Part shown: in pieces, positions 28,041 to 29,348 of the stretch
How positions within the stretch are numbered: position 1 is the first letter of the stretch
Layout of the letters: each line of letters opens with the position of its first letter
Source of the DNA: Candidatus Heimdallarchaeota archaeon
Lineage (GTDB): Archaea; Asgardarchaeota; Heimdallarchaeia; Heimdallarchaeales; Heimdallarchaeaceae
NCBI GenBank assembly: GCA_021399395.1
Contig: JAAFKJ010000134.1
Coordinates: 1-29,348, forward strand
Length of the DNA stretch: 29,348 nucleotides
Direction of reading: 5' to 3'
Notes under the pieces: generated by a model
The model's database searches: none
What the model saw: only the letters and a program-made list of their open reading frames with translations
Told to the model about the DNA's origin: nothing
Position numbers and translations under genes: made by a program

Positions 28041-28118
28041 AAAAGATTTATAAAGAAAAATTTCTACTGACAAATCTACATGTTTAATATGTAAATTTAC
28101 ATTATAATGATAAAGGAG
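28041..28118 (+). promoter_or_regulatory. BRE/TATA (TTTATAAA 28047-28054), perfect palindrome ATGTAAATTTACAT (28089-28102) and SD AAGGAG (28113-28118)
   Basis: All three elements read directly upstream of ATG 28126. Confidence 0.55.
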
Positions 28119-28125
28119 AATTATT

Positions 28126-29079
28126 ATGCGAAGTTTTAAAGGAAGAGATATAATCTCATTAAAAGATTTTGAACGTCACGAATTCGAGCGTATATTTGAA
28201 GTTGCAAGAAAACTGGAACCTATAGCTCGTAACAGGAAAAATGTTGATTTATTGAAAGAGAAAACCATGGTTACAGCTTTTTACCAGCCTTCAACTAGGA
28301 CTCGATTAGCTCACGAATCAGCCATGCTTAGATTGGGTGGTAAAGTGACAGGATTTGCTGACGCTAAAATGACTCGTGCTGGTGATTTTTATATGGAATC
28401 CATCAAGGATACTTTCAAAATGCTTGAAAATTATGGGGATGTCATTGTTATGAGACATTTCATGAAAGGTGCTCCTCAGGAAGCAGCAAAATGGGTCAGT
28501 ATTCCAATTATTAATGGTGGTGACGGGTGGGGAGAACATCCTACCCAGATCTTAACTGATCTCTATACAATCCTTCGAGAAAAAGGTCACATTGACGGTT
28601 TAAAATGGGTGGCAGTAGGAGATATGAGAATGCGAACTATGCACTCTCTTGGTCATGCTTTAACTCAATTTGACTGTCCAATTACTTTTGTTGCGCCAAA
28701 AGATATGTCGATGCCTGAAGAATATAAAGAAGATTTCAGACGCAACAGCTTAAACTTTACTGAAGCTGATGATGTTCGTGATGTTATCGCAGATGCTGAT
28801 GTCATTCTAGTAGAACCTGTAGTCCAACCAGATTATACAAAATCTCGTGATGAAAGAGATGGTGAAGTTGCTCAAACTCCACCTGAGTTCAAGATAACAA
28901 AAGAATTGCTTGAAACTAAAGCAAAATCTGATGCAGTACTATTACACTCTCTACCTCGTATGGATGAAATCCCACCAGATGTAGATCAAACCCGATGGGC
29001 TAGATACTGGCAAGAAGGATTTTATGGTGTAGTAATGAGGATGGCTCTTATAGCCTTGGTTTTAGGTGCAGAGGAGTAG
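28126..29079 (+). CDS. Aspartate/ornithine carbamoyltransferase family protein (ATCase-like, non-canonical acceptor site)
   Basis: STRTR, VMRH, NGGDG..EHPTQ, VGD..MRTMHS and LHSLPR are present; the ATCase SS-x-x-KGE and TR-x-Q-x-ER motifs are absent. Confidence 0.88.
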   Translation: MRSFKGRDIISLKDFERHEFERIFEVARKLEPIARNRKNVDLLKEKTMVTAFYQPSTRTRLAHESAMLRLGGKVTGFADAKMTRAGDFYMESIKDTFKMLENYGDVIVMRHFMKGAPQEAAKWVSIPIINGGDGWGEHPTQILTDLYTILREKGHIDGLKWVAVGDMRMRTMHSLGHALTQFDCPITFVAPKDMSMPEEYKEDFRRNSLNFTEADDVRDVIADADVILVEPVVQPDYTKSRDERDGEVAQTPPEFKITKELLETKAKSDAVLLHSLPRMDEIPPDVDQTRWARYWQEGFYGVVMRMALIALVLGAEE

Positions 29080-29088
29080 GTGTAATCT

Positions 29089-29348
29089 ATGCAATCTGAC
29101 TTACGCGGTCGTGATTTAATCGGTGACCTAGATTTTACAAAAGAAGAAGTAGATACTATCCTGGATGTAGCTTGGGATCTCAAGAAAAGAAGAGCCTTAG
29201 GTGAGCGACATGCTTTACTTCTGGATAAAACTCTCTGTATGCTTTTCTTCTTCTCCAGCACACGAACCCGTGCTTCTTTTGAGTCAGGAATGGCTCAGCT
29301 GGGAGGACAAGCCACATTTTTGGAGAGTCGTACAACTCAGGTTTCTCA
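29089..29348 (+). CDS. Second carbamoyltransferase (OTCase-like), 3'-truncated; not in the ORF track
   Basis: Translates as MQSDLRGRDLIGDLDFTKEEVDTILDVAWDLKKRRALGERHALLLDKTLCMLFFFSSTRTRASFESGMAQLGGQATFLESRTTQVS; STRTR motif; SD-like GGAG/AGGTG upstream. Confidence 0.88.
   Translation, partial: MQSDLRGRDLIGDLDFTKEEVDTILDVAWDLKKRRALGERHALLLDKTLCMLFFFSSTRTRASFESGMAQLGGQATFLESRTTQVS

Noticed and set aside
26589-29079. Reading as de novo pyrimidine biosynthesis genes (pyrC/pyrB, with pyrD at 13094)
   Set aside because: Aspartate-binding motifs are missing in the transcarbamylase, the catalytic Cys is missing in the DHODH-like protein, no pyrI/pyrE/pyrF is present, and the context is catabolic. 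Not fully excluded without phylogeny.
1714-29261. Short ORFs (60-93 aa) overlapping the long genes, such as 8581, 10826, 12488, 14412, 22632, 24527 and 29022
   Set aside because: They are shadow frames of well-supported genes with no recognisable motifs. 29022..29261 is antisense to the real second carbamoyltransferase.

Overview
AT-rich archaeal window, most likely from an Asgard (Heimdallarchaeia-like) genome. This assignment is an inference from the archaeal TBP, BRE/TATA promoters, PEF-CTERM-like anchors and TM + longin-like + winged-helix proteins. Four blocks are visible. (1) 1-6870: two tandem paralogous giant single-pass membrane proteins with sequon-rich ectodomains and a strongly conserved cytoplasmic longin-like + winged-helix tail. 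(2) 7320-15490: a translationally coupled minus-strand operon, ssnA-like amidohydrolase, PreA/DHODH-like Fe-S flavoprotein lacking the catalytic Cys, ThrC-like PLP enzyme, xdhA, xdhB, xdhC. (3) 15649-26504: an accessory stretch containing an array of 7-repeat beta-propeller-like surface-protein gene units (two intact genes, one orphan C-terminal remnant, one empty unit, with a shared promoter and a shared 18-20 bp hairpin) and an embedded TBP gene, followed by an aldo/keto reductase, a beta-helix surface protein, a Zn-ADH and an acyltransferase/membrane-protein pair. (4) 26589-end: a hydantoinase-like amidohydrolase divergent from two tandem carbamoyltransferases. Blocks 2 and 4 together look like an archaeal variant of the anaerobic reductive purine/urate degradation pathway with non-orthologous replacements. 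No rRNA, tRNA, CRISPR array or transposase was recognised.
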